Assembly (NCBI RefSeq): GCF_009914755.1
Contig: NC_060937.1
Length of the DNA stretch: 64,000 bases
Source: the human T2T-CHM13v2.0 reference genome, Homo sapiens
Strand: one strand, 5' to 3'
The position numbers and the translations under genes are program-made. The notes under the pieces were generated by a model that had not been told where the DNA came from, did no database searches, and saw nothing but the letters and a program-made list of their open reading frames with translations. Shown here piece after piece: positions 60,953 to 64,000 of the stretch. The stretch's first letter is position 1. Each line of letters starts with the position of its first letter.

Positions 60953-62707
60953 ACATAATGTGAGATTAGTTTTAAGGGGCCCTGGTTCGTAAAAAATGTG
61001 GATTTTTTTGTTTTCAAGGAAAGAAATGGTACTAACCCAACATTGCTAAGATTTTTTAGGAGGAAACAAATTTCTCTAAATCCATTACACAGTACATGTA
61101 CAGGAGTAAAAGTTTCTAAGAATCCTTTCTTGCTAGATTCTGATTGAAACATTTATTGATGCTTGTGCTAAACACCTTCCCAAGTGTTTATAGATTTAAA
61201 ATTTTCAAAGTAGATAACATTTTCCAGAAACAAAAAAAATCTAACTACATAATACTTGTGCCTATCATTAAAAAAAAAAAAGTTTTATAAGCCTTCCTAA
61301 CTATACATACAAATAAACCAATAGTTTTACCTTAGAAATGCACTTCATGAAGAAGCAGATGTCACATACGGATGACTGCACAGATTGCTACATGTTTTAG
61401 AATGTTACTAAAGCTCATTAAAATGGAAACTTTAAGAACATGGCAAGATAATCCTTTGTTACATTAAGATTTACATTCACTATAATCTCATTTGTGATTA
61501 GACACTGCCCATTCTGAATTAAAAATAAAATTTAAAATAAAGACCTTCTATTCTTTCTACTACCTATTTAGGCCTGATCTTGTGGATGCAATCTCTTGGT
61601 TTTCCTTTCTAACTTATTGGTTTAAGAAATGTGATTACACAAAATTCAAAATTTTACATTCATTATTTCATTACCTGCCAAAGTATATAAATAAGCAAGA
61701 TAGTTCACAACTCAGAAATTACCAGAGGACACCAAGACATCATTTTGCTAATTCCTGATAATCCAAAAGCACTGTACCTTGTCATTGTCTTGCAACATCA
61801 CCCACTGTCACTTGCAGCCTGACCTTTCACACTGCATATTCAATTATCTTCAATTCCTTATTTAAAATAGTTTTCAATTATTTCAGAATAATTCTGTTAT
61901 TAGATATTTCCAGTGTTGAAACCCCAGAATAACCAAAAGACTGTTGTTGTTTCCTAGTACCTAACAAGGTTCACTCGCTTTAAGACAAAGGGAAAGTTTT
62001 ACTCTGACACACCAGCATCAACTCTGTCATTTCCTAGCTACAAACTGCATCACCTAATAGTATACAATTACTTTTTCTCACATATTCAGAACTGTTATCA
62101 TGTCCCTAATAAAGTTTTATAGAAAATATAATCCTTCCAAGGACCTTCACTAGGAGTCCCACACCTCATTTGGGCAAAAACTAATAGAAGGAAGATGTCA
62201 ACATGTCACAGATAAAACAGGCAATAAAAAACAGGTTATATGAAAGCTAGAATAATTTTTGATAGGACTAATCACTAGACTGACATAAATTTGTCCTTTG
62301 GTTACAACTAATCCTCTTAACTGTAAGGTTTTTTAAGTTATAGTACTTTTCATGTACAATTCTCTCTCTCCATATACCAATAATCAATTTCCAATTATAT
62401 ATGCCCTTCAAAAAAAAATCTTCATATAAAAAAATTCTTCCTAGGCCTATCCTATTATGTCTTTTCCTACACAAATCTACACGACAAATAAAAGGAATTA
62501 TATATTTTACACTTGACTTTTCTTCTGGAGGAGAGCACCTCCCCTAAACCCCCATCCCAACCATCACCAACGTGAATTCTAAAATATACAAAGTCCTAGA
62601 AATAAACTCTAAATTTTCTCAAAGAAGTTTAAAACCTTTCTTGCTTTGAAAATTACTTTAGCCAGAAAAAACTGGATAGCTACTTATGGCTTCTCATGAT
62701 GGATGTA

Positions 62708-63808
62708 CAGTAAGACATCACATAATGTTTTGGCCAATGACAGACCACCATATACATGACAGTGGTCCTGTAGGATTATAATACAGCTGAAAAATTCCTA
62801 TCACCTCCTGACATCTTAATGATCCTGACCCTGTGTGCGCCTAGAAAAATGAGTGTAAGTCTTAGTTTTTAACAAAGGCCAGTGCAGTGGCTAACGTCTG
62901 TAATCCCAGCACTTTGGGAGGCCGAGGCGGGCGGATCATGAGGTCAGGAGATCAGGAGGTCAGGAGAGCATGATGGCTAAGACGGTGAAACCCCGTCTCT
63001 ACTAAAAATACAAAAAAACCACCAAAATTAGCCAGGTGTGGTGGCAGTAGTCCCAGATACTCAGGAGGCTGAGGCGGGAGAATGGCGTGAACCCAGGAGG
63101 CAGAGCTTGCAGTAAGCAGAGATCGAGCCACTGCACTCCAGCCTGGGTGACATAGCAAGACTCCATCTCAAAAAAAAAAAAAGTTTTTAAAAAAATAACA
63201 ATTTTAAAAATAGAAAAAAGCTTACAGAATAAGGATATAAATATTTTATACAGCTATGTTTGTATCTTAAATCTTACTAAAAAGAGTTAAAAAGTTTTAA
63301 AACTTTAGAAGTTTATAAAGTTACAGTAAGCTAAGGTTAATTTATTATTGGAGAAAATTTTTTAATAAATTTAGTGTAGCCTAAGTGTACAGTTTATAAA
63401 GTCTACAGCAGTGTACTGTCCCAGGCCTTCACTTCACTCATCACGAACTCACTCACCCACCCAGAGCAACTGCCAGTCCTCAAGCTACATTCATGGTAAG
63501 TGCCCTATCTAGGTATACCATTTTTTATCTTTCATACCATATTTCTACTGTATTTGTCAATGTTTATATCTGTTTAGACACATGAATGCTTGTAAGTGTT
63601 AAAACTGCCTAGAGCAATCAGTACAGTTACATGCTATACAGGTAGATGTATAGCCTAGGAGCAATGGGTCATATACCATATAGCCTAGGGGTATAGTCAT
63701 CTATCCCATCTAGGTTTCTGTAGGTATACTCTATGATGTTCCCACAACAGATCTGCCTAATGGTGCAGTTCTCAGAACCTATCTCCATTGTTAAGCGATA
63801 CATAACTG
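62708..63808. mobile_element. Tigger3(b)/Golem-like TcMar DNA transposon, interrupted by an Alu
   Basis: ta-cagtaagacatcacataatg...ttctcagaacctatctccattgttaagcgatacataactg-ta; internal aaatttagtgtagcctaagtgtacagt. Confidence 0.82.
62877..63182 (+). mobile_element. AluY-like with an internal micro-duplication
   Basis: Y-type ggagaatggcgtgaacccaggaggcagagcttgcagt; repeated aggtcaggag; TSD-like agtttttaa. Confidence 0.9.
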
Positions 63809-64000
63809 TATGATAGGTTATGGAACAACCTTAATTCTGTTTTTGTCAAAGGTTTCAGACTAAAAAGCTTTTATCCTGTTAAGTGTTTACCGTAATACTG
63901 GAGATGATGATCATCATCATAAATGAGCCCCTACCATATGCCAGGCAGGCACTTTTGCTAGATGATTAACAAATATTACTTCTAATCCTCACAAAATTTA

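Overview
Primate, most likely human, genomic DNA covering an internal part of INTS6 (Integrator complex subunit 6, also DICE1/DDX26) on the minus strand. Nine GT-AG coding exons (canonical exons 4-12, about residues 114-534) can be read directly and join into one open frame. The rest is intron: a 34.8-kb intron 4 (18406-53213) and the 3' part of intron 3 (53304 to beyond 64000). The introns hold about 20 Alus plus L1, L2, MIR, MaLR LTRs and DNA transposons (MER1B, MER2, MER30, MER33, MER58A, Tigger3). Most ORFs in the supplied track are Alu-derived or chance frames. I see no new multi-gene system. The best leads concern splicing: candidate stop-containing (poison) exons in intron 4, a strong Kozak ATG (Met179) in exon 5 that could restart translation after them, a clean AG|GTAAGT recursive-splice-like site in intron 3, an inverted Alu pair around exon 10, and a compact G-quadruplex in an Alu tail. 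Repeat subfamily names and exon numbering are from recall and were not checked by alignment.
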